Below the pieces are notes generated by a model that searched no databases, was not told the DNA's origin, and was given only the letters and a program-made list of their open reading frames with translations. From the NCBI GenBank assembly GCA_033763315.1, contig JANRKS010000007.1, positions 320,001-384,000 on the forward strand: DNA of 64,000 bases, read 5' to 3'. Positions 30,114-40,244 of the stretch are shown one piece after another (positions within the stretch are counted from its first letter, which is position 1; each line of letters begins with the position of its first letter). The DNA is from Deltaproteobacteria bacterium. GTDB taxonomy: Bacteria > Myxococcota_A > Polyangia > Fen-1088. Position numbers and translations under genes: made by a program.

Positions 30114-31012
30114 AAATTATCGCCGCGGGCGCTTTGACAACGGTGCAAGATCAGGGGCGGGCGGGGCTCGGCCGCTTTGGCATCTCGCCTTCCGGAGCCT
30201 TGGATCCATTCTCCCTTCGCGTGGGCAACGCGTGCGTTGGCAACCCCAAGGGCGCCGCCGGGTTGGAGATCACGGGGCCAGGCGTGGCGCTGCGCTTTTA
30301 TGGATCCACCTGGATCTGCCTCACAGGCGCTGACCTGCAAGCGACGTTGCAAGATGAGGCCGTGCGCGTGGGGGATGTGGTGCGCGTGCGCGATCGACAG
30401 GTTCTACGTTTCACGAGCGGGCGCGCAGGCAGCAGGGCGTGGCTTACGGCCCGTGGTGGCCTGCGCAGCGACAAGGTTTTGGGCAGCCGCGCCTTCGATG
30501 TGGCGGCGGGCTTGCCGCGCCAACGGCTGGCCGCGGGCGACATGCTCGAAATCGAACCTGAGCCTGGCGCCTCTGTGCATCAGCGCGTGCCGCCGGATCT
30601 TGTACCGTACGTGCTGCGTCCAGCGCCGACGGGTCCCCGTTCCCTTCGTTACGTGGCCCTTGGCGCCACCGGGTTGGCCGAACGAACGTTTACCGTTTCC
30701 CAGCGCGCCAACCGAACGGGTTTTCAGATCATGGCCGATCCACCCATGCCAAATCTGTGGCCGCAGCCACCGCGATCCGAACCGCTGGCTCCCGGATGCA
30801 TCCAGGTGCCCCCCGATGGCCATCCCTTCGTCCTGATGGCGGATCGCCAAACGATCGGTGGTTACCCTGTGGCAGGGCATTTGTGCAGCGTTGATGTTGG
30901 CGAGGCCGCGCAATGCGGGCCCGGCGACAAAGTACAACTAACGGCCATTTTATTGGATGTGGCGCGCGATCTTGCGCAAGCCCGCGAGCGAACTTTTCGC
31001 CGAACCTTCTAG
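30101..31012 (+). CDS. pxpC: 5-oxoprolinase subunit C (KipA / allophanate hydrolase 2)
   Basis: TTVQDQGR, SGALD, GCIQVPPDG, DRQTIGGYP. Confidence 0.93.
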   Translation: MPTIEIIAAGALTTVQDQGRAGLGRFGISPSGALDPFSLRVGNACVGNPKGAAGLEITGPGVALRFYGSTWICLTGADLQATLQDEAVRVGDVVRVRDRQVLRFTSGRAGSRAWLTARGGLRSDKVLGSRAFDVAAGLPRQRLAAGDMLEIEPEPGASVHQRVPPDLVPYVLRPAPTGPRSLRYVALGATGLAERTFTVSQRANRTGFQIMADPPMPNLWPQPPRSEPLAPGCIQVPPDGHPFVLMADRQTIGGYPVAGHLCSVDVGEAAQCGPGDKVQLTAILLDVARDLAQARERTFRRTF

Positions 31013-31146
31013 GGCGTGCACGCGCAGTCAATGCGCCCTATAGTGGCGCCCTTCCCTTCTGAAAAGGCCACCGTCTGAATTCGTCGCCCCCTGCCCCACC
31101 CGCAGCTCCCGCGATTTCACTTGCCCCCGCATGGCAGACGCACGCG

Positions 31147-32376
31147 GTGGTCCAGTTGCTTGCGAGCGCGCTCGCTCTCGGTGCTTTGCACCTGATCGCG
31201 AATCGCCTCGGCATGCCGTTTAACACCACGATCACCATTTCGTTGATCGTGGGGGTGTGTTTGGTGCGCTTGGTGCCGGTCTCGCCTTATTGGATGATGA
31301 CGCTGGCGGGCCTGATCGTTCTATACAACTGGAAGCCGCGGTTCATGGCGTTCGAGGTGCCGTTTTTGGCGCTGCTTTTTCTGCTGCGCAACCGCTTGTG
31401 GACCTTCGCCGCCACATTGGTCGGCGTTGGCTTGCTTGCCCCCAAGACTTTGCACCGGGTGGCGTTCTTGCATCCCGAGATGTGGTCCTGGATCAGTGAA
31501 TCCGCGCTCGGCCACATTTTGCTGGTGGGCTTGCTTTACATTTTCGAGAAACGCCGCGGGCGGCTTCCCGATCCGTCTTACCCGCAATGGATGACCCTGT
31601 TCGCCGCGCCTTCGAATCCGCTCAACCCACTTAACCTGGGACCGCTTGAACTGTGGCAGTTGCCGATGGTGTCGCTGCCTCGGCTGGCCGAAAGCGTGGT
31701 GTTGTTGGCCAGCAAAGCCGCCGCCATCAACGTTTTGGACGCGTATTTAGGCAAGCATCTAGCCGCCAATCTTTCTTACCAACAGCTCAGCGCCTTGAGC
31801 CCCGTGGCGTTGTGGTTATCGGTGGGCCTAAGTTACGTGAAGCTGGCGCTTTATTTGTCCGGCACGGCCGATGTGGCGATCTTGATCCTGCGCGCCTACG
31901 GATTGTCCTTGGCACATCCTTTCCGTTGGGCGTTGGTGGCGTGGAACCCCGTAGAGCTGTGGCGCCGTTGGTCGATCTACAACCGCAAGCTGCTGCTGAA
32001 ATGTTTTTACTTTCCGTTGGGCGGCGGCAACAAGCGCCGTTATCTGAATGTCATGATCACCTTTTGGGCCAGCGCCTTGCTGCTTCACACGGGCTTCGTC
32101 GGCTCGGTATTTTGGATGGTGGGCGAAGCGGGCCTGCGCGATCAGTTCGTGTACTTCACGCTGCAAGGCCTGGCCGTATGTGCTTGTTTGCTGCTGTGGC
32201 AGTGGCGTGGCAAGGCGCCGTCATCGGATCGCGAGTTGCGCCTGTCACCGGCGCGCGTGGCGGGCACGCTGGGCACCCAGGCCTACTCGGCGCTGGTGCA
32301 CATGTTGATCATGCTGCCGAACGTGGCATGGGCCGATCGTTGGAAGCTAATGGGCCGCTGCTTGGGCTTATTTTAA
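31147..32376 (+). CDS. MBOAT family membrane-bound O-acyltransferase
   Basis: Multi-TM; YLSGTAD, ELWRRWSI, YFPLGG, SALLLH (catalytic His position); start uncertain. Confidence 0.8.
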   Translation: MVQLLASALALGALHLIANRLGMPFNTTITISLIVGVCLVRLVPVSPYWMMTLAGLIVLYNWKPRFMAFEVPFLALLFLLRNRLWTFAATLVGVGLLAPKTLHRVAFLHPEMWSWISESALGHILLVGLLYIFEKRRGRLPDPSYPQWMTLFAAPSNPLNPLNLGPLELWQLPMVSLPRLAESVVLLASKAAAINVLDAYLGKHLAANLSYQQLSALSPVALWLSVGLSYVKLALYLSGTADVAILILRAYGLSLAHPFRWALVAWNPVELWRRWSIYNRKLLLKCFYFPLGGGNKRRYLNVMITFWASALLLHTGFVGSVFWMVGEAGLRDQFVYFTLQGLAVCACLLLWQWRGKAPSSDRELRLSPARVAGTLGTQAYSALVHMLIMLPNVAWADRWKLMGRCLGLF

Positions 32377-33402
32377 CGGAGGCATGAAGCCTTCGCCGAA
32401 ACGATACACACTGTTGTTCCAATCATCTGTGTATGTCGTGGCCCACGAAGAGCCGTTGAGCGAGCGTTCAAGCTTGCCGCGCCAGGCGCCGCGGTAAAAG
32501 GCGTTGGGGAACCAAGCGTCCCCCGCACAGGCGTCACCACTGCGCCATTGCCCTTCACAAAACGTGACCTTGCGAAGGTTCGCCATGGCTGTCCACACGA
32601 TGCCATCGGTCGACGTGTAAGAATTTCCACTGTCGCCTGACGCCGCGAACGCCCCATTGGCAAACTCAACGTACGTGTGGCCATTGGTGGCGCCCACGCG
32701 TCCACCCTTGCGCCACGTTAACCCATCGTTCGACAAATATGAGTTGTCACCGCATGTGCCAACGAAAACGCCATTGCCAAAAGCGGCGCCTTCCATCAGG
32801 CCGCAGCCATCGGGATTCTTCCCTTCCACCCATGTGCTGCCGTCAACGGATGTGAACATGCGCCAGCCTGCCGACACCCAGCGGCCTTTGCCAAACGCCA
32901 CCGATCGCAGCAGTTCGCGGTCGTCTCCACCGCCTCTCGTTAGCTGCGCCACTTTCTTCCAAGTCGCTCCTTGATCTTGGGTTGCCACGCGCATGCCGCC
33001 GTAGCCCACAGCGAGGATGGTCTTCTTCCAATCAGGCGGTGGCGTGTCGCTTGGCATCGTGGCGCCCGCCGCGCCCCCGGTGGCCCCTGCCGCACCGCCC
33101 ACAGCGGACGCCCCAGCCATGCCGGCCTGCCCACCCGCCCCCGTGCCTCCCGTTGAGGATCCTCCCGCCGAAGCGCCCCCGCCACCGCTGGCGCCGCCGG
33201 AGGTTGTTCCCCCGCTCCCCACATCCACGCTGTCGCCCCCGGTCCCAGAAGTGTCACCGCCGGCGCCACCGGCCATGTCTTCCTCAGCTTCGCCGTTGAT
33301 CTCACCAGCCCCGCAACCAACAGCACACACGCTGACGGCCAAAACGCAGAACGGGACGCACACCGGGAGGCCCAAGGCCGCAAACGCTCGAATCCGTCGC
33401 AT
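32368..33402 (-). CDS. Lipoprotein with Gly-rich linker and BNR/Asp-box-like repeat domain
   Basis: Lipobox AVGC, Gly/Ala/Ser linker, repeats TSVDGSTW, LSNDGLTW, TSTDGIVW, SLNGSSW. Confidence 0.8.
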   Translation of the reverse strand: MRRIRAFAALGLPVCVPFCVLAVSVCAVGCGAGEINGEAEEDMAGGAGGDTSGTGGDSVDVGSGGTTSGGASGGGGASAGGSSTGGTGAGGQAGMAGASAVGGAAGATGGAAGATMPSDTPPPDWKKTILAVGYGGMRVATQDQGATWKKVAQLTRGGGDDRELLRSVAFGKGRWVSAGWRMFTSVDGSTWVEGKNPDGCGLMEGAAFGNGVFVGTCGDNSYLSNDGLTWRKGGRVGATNGHTYVEFANGAFAASGDSGNSYTSTDGIVWTAMANLRKVTFCEGQWRSGDACAGDAWFPNAFYRGAWRGKLERSLNGSSWATTYTDDWNNSVYRFGEGFMPPLK

Positions 33403-33630
33403 GGCGAACTACCTGCCGTGTTTAGGAATGTGACCGCACGCAGCGTCATGCCGCAGGCGGTGGTCGATCAAAGATAGGTGGACATCACCCCCCACGGCAA
33501 GGGGCCGTTTTACCTAGTTCTGCCCGACATATGCGGACACGAACGACATTGCAGCAACGGAAGGCACTCAAAGTGCTGGCACAAAATGCCGATGCCCAAG
33601 TAGACGCAGCCTCATCAGCACAACTGCACG

Positions 33631-35094
33631 ATGCCCTCGACCAACGCTTTGACCCGCGCCTTAACGAAGCAAACGCCCCAGCTGTTTGGTCGGTACCACT
33701 TGCTCGGCAAGATCGCGATGGGCGGCATGGCAGAAGTCTTCGTCGCCCGGTGCGGCGAATTGCTGGGCATGCAGACGTTGATCGCTTTGAAACGAATCCT
33801 GCCCGTGCACGCGGCCGACGAAAAGTTCGTGCAAATGTTCCAGCGCGAAGCCAGCATCGCTTTGCGGCTGCAACACCGTTCGATCGCGCGTGTGTTCGAG
33901 GTGGGCAAGGTTCAAAATGATTGGTACCTCTCGCTTGAACTTGTGCAAGGCGAGAACCTCGCGCGCGTGTCGGACGCGCTTGAAAGCAGGCACTTGCACT
34001 GGGATCCCAACCTGGTGGCTTTCATCGGCTCCGAAGTGGCCCAGGCGCTTCACTACGCCCATACGTTGACGGACGCACGCGGACGCCAACTCAACATCGT
34101 TCACCGCGACATCAGCCCTGAAAACATCATGTTGGGCTTCGATGGCTCGGTCAAAGTCATCGACTTCGGCATCGCCTCGTGTGAGTCGTACGCCAGCCTC
34201 ACCACGCAAGGCGCCGTGCGCGGCAAGGTGCAATACGTATCACCTGAGCAGGCGCAAACGCACAAGCTTGATGGGCGTTCAGATATCTTTTCGCTGGGCG
34301 TGGTCTTGTACGAATGCTTGGCGGGGGCACAGCCTTTCGAACGCACGTCGCCGATGGCCACGCTGGACGCGGTGGTGAACAAGTGGGTGCCGCCAATCCC
34401 ACACGTGTCGCCGCAGCTCAACGACGCGATCATCAAAGCGTTGGAAAAGGAGCCAGGCCGTCGCTACAAAAGCGCCGAGGAGTTCAGCCATGCGTTGCTC
34501 GCCGCGATTGCAGGGCAAGACGCAGCTGGGCCCACGAAAGTGTCACAGCTTGTGACGTCGCTGTTTCCGCAACGGCTGCAACGGTGGCGGCAAATTCAAG
34601 AGATGGCGCTTGAGGGCTTTGGCTTCAAAGAGCGCGGGGCCAAAGAAGGCGATGCAACCCCGCCCCCCGCGCAGCTGATGGAGCCCGCGGATTCAGAGAA
34701 CATCACGCAGGCTGAAAAATATTACGTCATCTCGAACAGCCAACCACCCGTCCCACCCGTGTTAACGACACCCGCACGACGAGCCACACGTACAGCAGGC
34801 GTGGTGTTCGCGTTGGCGGTGGCCGCGTCCATTTTGTTTCTCATCGCGCGCAAACCGCGAGAACGCGTTGAGAACGATGTGCCCCCTGCCCCCATCGCCG
34901 TTTCGCCACGCATCGTGCCGCTGCCGTTGCCCCCCCGCGAGCCGCCGCCCGAGCCCCCCAATGCCGTAACACCACCGGAAGAGGATTTGCCGATCCCAAC
35001 CGTCAAACTGCCGCCGAAGTTAGCAAAAAAAGCGCTGAATAAGCCTCGACGAACACGCCACGCGCGGGCAGGTTCGCGGCCCGCCACCCGCTAG
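33631..35094 (+). CDS. Membrane-anchored Hanks-type Ser/Thr protein kinase
   Basis: IAMGGMAEV, ALKRI, HRDISPEN, DFGIA, YVSPEQ, DIFSLG; TM and Pro-rich tail. Confidence 0.95.
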   Translation: MPSTNALTRALTKQTPQLFGRYHLLGKIAMGGMAEVFVARCGELLGMQTLIALKRILPVHAADEKFVQMFQREASIALRLQHRSIARVFEVGKVQNDWYLSLELVQGENLARVSDALESRHLHWDPNLVAFIGSEVAQALHYAHTLTDARGRQLNIVHRDISPENIMLGFDGSVKVIDFGIASCESYASLTTQGAVRGKVQYVSPEQAQTHKLDGRSDIFSLGVVLYECLAGAQPFERTSPMATLDAVVNKWVPPIPHVSPQLNDAIIKALEKEPGRRYKSAEEFSHALLAAIAGQDAAGPTKVSQLVTSLFPQRLQRWRQIQEMALEGFGFKERGAKEGDATPPPAQLMEPADSENITQAEKYYVISNSQPPVPPVLTTPARRATRTAGVVFALAVAASILFLIARKPRERVENDVPPAPIAVSPRIVPLPLPPREPPPEPPNAVTPPEEDLPIPTVKLPPKLAKKALNKPRRTRHARAGSRPATR

Positions 35095-35115
35095 CCTGTG
35101 CTAAAGCTGCGCGCG

Positions 35116-35676
35116 ATGCAAAGCGCTCTTATTTTCGATTGCGACGGAACTTTGGCAGACACGATGCCCGCGCACTATCAAGCGTGGCTCGACACCCTTC
35201 GGCCCTTTGGCGTGCCATTTCCCGAGGATCGTTTTTATGGCTTAGGCGGCGTACCCACGACGGAGATCTCAAAGCTCTTGTTCCGCGAAGCGGGCTTGTC
35301 TGTGGATCCATTAGCGATGGCGCACGCCAAAGAACAGGCGTTTCTCACCCGCATTGCGCACGTGCAACCGATCGAACGCGTGGTGGCCGTGGCGCGCGCG
35401 GCCCGCGGCAAGCTGCCAATGTCTGTGGCCTCCGGTGGACAGCGACCGGTGGTGGAGCTCACGCTCACGCAAATTGGAATCCGCGACTGGTTCGAGATCT
35501 TGGTTACAGCCGAGGACACCACCCGCCACAAGCCAGAGCCCGACGTATTCCTCGAAGCGGCACGCCGCATGAACGTGCCGGCTTCGATCTGCACGGTTTA
35601 TGAAGATACAGATCTGGGAATCGAAGCGGCCCGTCGCGCGGGCATGCAATGGGTGGACATCCGCGTGATGCCTTAG
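35116..35676 (+). CDS. HAD family sugar phosphatase (YqaB-like)
   Basis: FDCDGTLAD, SGG, KPEPD, YEDTDLG. Confidence 0.93.
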   Translation: MQSALIFDCDGTLADTMPAHYQAWLDTLRPFGVPFPEDRFYGLGGVPTTEISKLLFREAGLSVDPLAMAHAKEQAFLTRIAHVQPIERVVAVARAARGKLPMSVASGGQRPVVELTLTQIGIRDWFEILVTAEDTTRHKPEPDVFLEAARRMNVPASICTVYEDTDLGIEAARRAGMQWVDIRVMP

Positions 35677-35691
35677 ATGGCCAGGGGCGCC

Positions 35692-36729
35692 TTATGAAGC
35701 GTCGCTGAGCGCTTTGGCGGCGCGCGCGATCTCAACGCGCGCTTGCACGTATTCGCCGAACGCATGGAGGAATTGCGCGAGGTTGTTGTCGCGGCCTCCC
35801 TTGCGGCCACGACGCACACAATCTTCCCACGCCTTCATCATGCGCTGCTCGGGCTCGTAGAACTTCTTCATCGACGCTTTGTAGGTCGCCGAAGGCTTCG
35901 CCGAGATGTCGATCTTCGTCACCAAGGCGCCGCACTTGTCTTGCACGGTTTGCATGAATCCGGCCGCGTCCTTCTTGTAGCACTCGGTTGCCAGCGTCTG
36001 CAGCAAGCCTTGTGCGTCTTTGATCTGCGCGATGCCTGGCACCGCACATTGCAAAAAGCGCTCGAACGCAATGCTTTCGGGCGTGGGGGTTTCACTTGCG
36101 TGCCACGCATCACCCGCGGCTTGCAGCTTGGCGGCCATATCACCACCCTCGATCAACACGTCGAGGCGATCGGCAAATGTGCCGATGCCGTCCTTGAGCT
36201 TTGGCAGGCTGCCTTTGTAAGCGTCAAAGCCCGCCTTGAACTCTTCGGGCACGTCGGTTTTGGCCGCGAACGTCGCGGTCACGCGATCACCTATGGGCAT
36301 GCATTCCACACGCAGGTGTTCAGCGAACGTTTTTGGTTGAACACCGGCGGCCTGTTCCACCTTCGCTTGCACTTGGTCGGCCGTGCTGAAGGCGTCCACC
36401 GGCAGGTTGCTTTGGGTGAGGCAGTTCAACAGGCTGCCCACTTCCGCTTTGTCCTGTTCGGCCCACGTATCAAGCCACTGCAGCTTCTTGCCTACGGCCG
36501 CCTTGGTCATCCGGTCTTTGACGGCGAAGGCCGCCAAGAGCCCCAGCCCCACCACCGCAACCGCCCCGTAGATGGTCCGTGACCGCTTGCGCGCCCGCGC
36601 CTGATCCGCGGCCAGGCTGGCGATGGGATCGTCGCCGCCCCCGGGAAGGTTGGCCCCGCAGCGGGAGCACACACTGAACGACGGGGGATTGGCATGACCG
36701 CAGGTGGGGCAAGGTGACATCGGCGGCAT
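35692..36729 (-). CDS. Zinc-ribbon, single-TM protein with helical Cys-containing extracytoplasmic domain
   Basis: CPTCGHAN...CSRCG, TM IYGAVAVVGLGLLAAFAV; start uncertain (36729 or 36720). Confidence 0.8.
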   Translation of the reverse strand: MPPMSPCPTCGHANPPSFSVCSRCGANLPGGGDDPIASLAADQARARKRSRTIYGAVAVVGLGLLAAFAVKDRMTKAAVGKKLQWLDTWAEQDKAEVGSLLNCLTQSNLPVDAFSTADQVQAKVEQAAGVQPKTFAEHLRVECMPIGDRVTATFAAKTDVPEEFKAGFDAYKGSLPKLKDGIGTFADRLDVLIEGGDMAAKLQAAGDAWHASETPTPESIAFERFLQCAVPGIAQIKDAQGLLQTLATECYKKDAAGFMQTVQDKCGALVTKIDISAKPSATYKASMKKFYEPEQRMMKAWEDCVRRGRKGGRDNNLAQFLHAFGEYVQARVEIARAAKALSDAS

Positions 36730-36773
36730 CATATCCCACGCAACTTTGTCGAAGCCAGATCCGATACTTTGGC

Positions 36774-37187
36774 ATGAAGGAAAACACAGCCCAAACCCAG
36801 CCAGCGGCCCGTTTGGTTTCGGTCGCTATATCGATCGCACGCAACCTTCCCAAAGACAGCGCCCAACTCGGACGTGCGCTGGATAAGACCGCCAGCCGCG
36901 TGATGCTGATGTCGTTGCGCGGGGAGCTGGGGCGGCCCTCAATGGCTGCCAAAGCGAGGGCTTGCATACAGCGCGTGTTCGATATCCTCGAACTGCTTGA
37001 CCGCATGCAGGCCTACGACGCGGGCGTGCTGCAAAAGGCGCTGACCTACGCGGACAAGATGCTACGCGTGTTGCCGGAGCCGGAAACGAAAACCATCACT
37101 TCGCCCTTGCCCCCCGCGACCAAACAGCGCAGCGGCCCTGTGCTCAGCCTCATCCCCCTTGCTGCGAAAGGATCTCATATCCCTTGA
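36774..37187 (+). CDS. Hypothetical protein, divergent four-helix-bundle (23S rRNA IVP-like) family
   Basis: NLPKDSAQLGRALDKTASRVML...ARACIQRVFDILELL resembles the LP...L.DQL.RAA.S pattern. Confidence 0.55.
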   Translation: MKENTAQTQPAARLVSVAISIARNLPKDSAQLGRALDKTASRVMLMSLRGELGRPSMAAKARACIQRVFDILELLDRMQAYDAGVLQKALTYADKMLRVLPEPETKTITSPLPPATKQRSGPVLSLIPLAAKGSHIP

Positions 37188-38451
37188 GGTAATCGAGCGC
37201 CACTTGCACGGGGTAATCAGGCAAGCGAACAGGCGCCGCGGCAACCTCGCCCTGTTCGTTGCGCAGATGGCGTTCGTAGTCGCGCTCGCGCATCACGTCT
37301 TCGTCGTTGGCATCGGGAGGCGGGCCTGCCGGCACGTGAATGTTGGGGGTGATGCCCTGGCTTTGAATTGAGCGACCGTTGGGCGTGTAGTAGCGCGACA
37401 CCGTGAGCTTGAGGCCGCACGGCCGTGGGCCACAGCCATCCAACGAAAACACCGTTTGCACTGAGCCTTTGCCGAACGTTTGTGATCCCATGATGACGGC
37501 GCGCCGGTGGTCCTGCAGCGCCCCAGCCACGATCTCCGCCGCCGACGCGGTGGCGCCGTCCACCAGCACCACCATGGGAAACCCCGTCCATGTGCCGCGC
37601 TTGTGCGCAACTTGCCGATCCATTTCACGCCCCGCTTTGCCAACGGTGCGAACAATAAGGCCGTCCGACAAAAACCGATCCGCCACTTTCACGCCTTGAT
37701 CCAAGAGACCGCCGGGGTTGCGGCGCATATCCAAAATCAACCCTTGCAGCTTGCCGGCCTTGCGCGTTTTGGCTTGTTTTTCCAACTGTTCAAGCGTCTC
37801 TTGCAGCTTGGCGTCCGTGTTGGCGGAAAAGATGCGCAGCTTCGCATAACCGTACCCCTCTTCCAAAAGCCGCCCCTCCACCGACTTCACCTCAAATTTG
37901 GCGCGCTTGATCTTGAACGTCAGCGGCTTGCCTTGACGTTCCACAGCCAGCTCCACAACAGATCCCGGGGCGCCTTGAATGCGGGAGACGGCGTCGTTCC
38001 AGTCCAACGCATCCGTTTGCACGCCATCGATCTGCCGGATGATGTCACCGGGGGCCACGCCGGCCTGGTACGCAGGTGAACCTTCTATCGGAGACACCAC
38101 CACCAGCCCGTTTTTGCGTTTTTCGAGATCGATGCCAATGCCTTCGATCTCGCCGTCGCCTTCGGTTTCTTGTTTGAGGCGATCATATTCTTCTGGATCC
38201 ATAAACCGCGAATGTGGATCCAGCACGTCAGTCAAACCGCGTGCCGCCCCATACATCAAATCCGCCTCAGAGACGTTCTCGACATAATTGGATTCAATGT
38301 ACGAGAGCACTTTGGTGAAGATGCCAAGCTTGCGGTAAGGATCGAAGCGGCCCGCCCATGAGAGGCCGGGAGAAGCGAACAGCGAGCCGGCTAAGAACGC
38401 CACGCCCGCGATCGCGCCGAACCCAAAAACCTGGCGCATTGGAAAACGCAT
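37150..38451 (-). CDS. ctpA: Carboxy-terminal processing protease, S41 family with PDZ
   Basis: LDPHSRFM, DMRRNPGGLL, TASAAEIVAGALQD, TFGKGSVQ; ATG 38451. Confidence 0.95.
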   Translation of the reverse strand: MRFPMRQVFGFGAIAGVAFLAGSLFASPGLSWAGRFDPYRKLGIFTKVLSYIESNYVENVSEADLMYGAARGLTDVLDPHSRFMDPEEYDRLKQETEGDGEIEGIGIDLEKRKNGLVVVSPIEGSPAYQAGVAPGDIIRQIDGVQTDALDWNDAVSRIQGAPGSVVELAVERQGKPLTFKIKRAKFEVKSVEGRLLEEGYGYAKLRIFSANTDAKLQETLEQLEKQAKTRKAGKLQGLILDMRRNPGGLLDQGVKVADRFLSDGLIVRTVGKAGREMDRQVAHKRGTWTGFPMVVLVDGATASAAEIVAGALQDHRRAVIMGSQTFGKGSVQTVFSLDGCGPRPCGLKLTVSRYYTPNGRSIQSQGITPNIHVPAGPPPDANDEDVMRERDYERHLRNEQGEVAAAPVRLPDYPVQVALDYLKGYEILSQQGG

Positions 38452-38512
38452 TGTTGCCCATTGTAGCAGGCACCCCTGTGGTTTTAGAGCTGCGGATAGC
38501 GATGCCCGGTCG

Positions 38513-39328
38513 TTAGCGAGGCGCGCGCAATCCACGCGCGTCGACGGGCACCCCCGCGCGCCACACGGCCAGCCGAAGCACGGGCGCGCCATCCAGCGTT
38601 CGGCCCACACGCCCAAGCGCCACGCCCGCCTGCACGGGCTCGCCTTCGGCAACGTCCACGGTGTGAAGCCCCGACAAAATGCTCACCAGTTCGTCATCAT
38701 GCGCCAGCACCACAGCGTAACCGCCGTTGGGTAACGCAGCGACTTTGCGAACCACCCCCGCCGCAGGGCTTACAACCGGGGCGTCCAACCGCGCCAAGAT
38801 CTGCAACCCGGGATCGCGATACACAACGCCCGTCACGGGATCGGGCCGCAACCCCGGTGAGGAGATCGTGGGCCCCTTGGTGGGCCACAGCACCAAAGGT
38901 TTGCTGACGGTGGCCTCAGCCACGGGCGTAAGAACGGCGGCCTTGTCTTGCGCCTCGCGGGCCGCCAAACCCGTGCGCTCTTGCTGTACGCGCTTGAGTT
39001 CGTCCTGCAGCTTGCGCGCTTCATGCAAGCTGCGGCCGAGAACCACCACCGCCATGGCTTCGGCACGCGCCTCCTCGGGTCGCAGTTTGCTGTCTGCGAA
39101 GAATCCAAGCGCTCGCCGCCGCCCCAGCCGGTAAGCCACCCAGGCGTGCTGCCTGACCAAATGAAGGGCAGCGTCGTGCTGTTTGCCCAACGCATCTTCA
39201 CGCGCCAGCAGATGGGCGTCCACCAATGTGGTCGGCGACGCCAACGGCTCGGCCACGGTGTGCGGGACATCGGCAAAAACCTCCGCCAAGGCCGCCGCCA
39301 AAGCGAAGGTGAAGCGAGCGCTAGACAT
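38513..39328 (-). CDS. EnvC-like degenerate M23 (LytM) protein
   Basis: Coiled coil plus M23 fold (APVVSPAAGVV, VVLAH, V.EGE.V.AG..LG.VG) lacking HxxxD/HxH; lies in ftsE-ftsX-envC-ctpA order. Confidence 0.8.
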   Translation of the reverse strand: MSSARFTFALAAALAEVFADVPHTVAEPLASPTTLVDAHLLAREDALGKQHDAALHLVRQHAWVAYRLGRRRALGFFADSKLRPEEARAEAMAVVVLGRSLHEARKLQDELKRVQQERTGLAAREAQDKAAVLTPVAEATVSKPLVLWPTKGPTISSPGLRPDPVTGVVYRDPGLQILARLDAPVVSPAAGVVRKVAALPNGGYAVVLAHDDELVSILSGLHTVDVAEGEPVQAGVALGRVGRTLDGAPVLRLAVWRAGVPVDARGLRAPR

Positions 39329-40244
39329 AACGCCCCTTGAGCGAAGGCATCGCGCGCTGGCCGATCCAAAAACCCGCGAACAGCGCAACCACCGTTGCGA
39401 GCAGCATCTCATGCCAAGCCACAAACGGCAGGGGCCCCGGCACCCAACTGCCAAGCACCGCAGCCAGCGACGACGACAGCGTCAGGTGCGCCAGCCACAG
39501 CACCAGCCACGCCGACAGGGCCCCCGCGACCGCCGACAGCCCGCCGGCAAGCGCCCACGGCCGCCGAATTCCTGCTGGAGTCTCACCCAGCAAAGTCAAC
39601 ACGGCCACCTCTTGTTGCCGGCGTTGGCGCCCTTGCACCAGAGGCAGAACCAACACCGCCACGCCCGCCACAACCGCCAAGCCGAACAGCGACCATCCGA
39701 GCCCGCGCAAGAGGCCCAACACCGATCGCAAGCGCGCCAAGCCATCCTCCATCGCGTCCACTTCGGCGATGCCGGGGATGCGGCGCAGGCGCTCCGCCAA
39801 GGCCACCGCACGTTCAGACAGCGAAGTTGTGGCCTGCAGACGAACCTCTAAAGAGCGCGGCAGAAAACCTTCCTCCACGCCGTCGAGAAACTCGGCCACG
39901 CCTCCCATTGATTTGGCTTCGGCGCGCAAACGTGCCAGGGCCTCGGCCGAATCCACCGCGCGCACGCGCTCAACGCCCGGCACACGCGACACAATTTCGG
40001 CCAACGCCTGCGCTTTGTCGGCCGTCATATCGTCACGCAGATACGCAATCACGTGCACGTTTTCCGCGAGGCGTGGCAGCACAGAATCCGCGATTTGCGA
40101 CACCACCCGTGCGGCGCCCATCAACAACACCAGCAACGCAAAAGCGCCGCCCAAAGCCACGAGCGGGGCTGGTTGTCGTTTCACCGCACGTTGCATTCGT
40201 CGCAGCGTCCAGTCGAAGTTCACCGCTTGCCACTCCTTGACCAC
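39321..40244 (-). CDS. ftsX: FtsX-like permease
   Basis: TM1, periplasmic loop (AYLRDD, LPRSLEV), 3 TMs, EVAVLTLLGET..IRRP. Confidence 0.8.
   Translation of the reverse strand: MVKEWQAVNFDWTLRRMQRAVKRQPAPLVALGGAFALLVLLMGAARVVSQIADSVLPRLAENVHVIAYLRDDMTADKAQALAEIVSRVPGVERVRAVDSAEALARLRAEAKSMGGVAEFLDGVEEGFLPRSLEVRLQATTSLSERAVALAERLRRIPGIAEVDAMEDGLARLRSVLGLLRGLGWSLFGLAVVAGVAVLVLPLVQGRQRRQQEVAVLTLLGETPAGIRRPWALAGGLSAVAGALSAWLVLWLAHLTLSSSLAAVLGSWVPGPLPFVAWHEMLLATVVALFAGFWIGQRAMPSLKGRYV

Noticed and set aside
33562-33595. GCACTCAAAGTGC as a CIRCE element, and TGGCAC as a sigma54 promoter upstream of the kinase
   Set aside because: The CIRCE 9-nt spacer is missing, and there is no TTGC at the -12 position.
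36774-37187. Avd-like gene suggesting a diversity-generating retroelement
   Set aside because: No reverse transcriptase or template/variable repeat pair seen.
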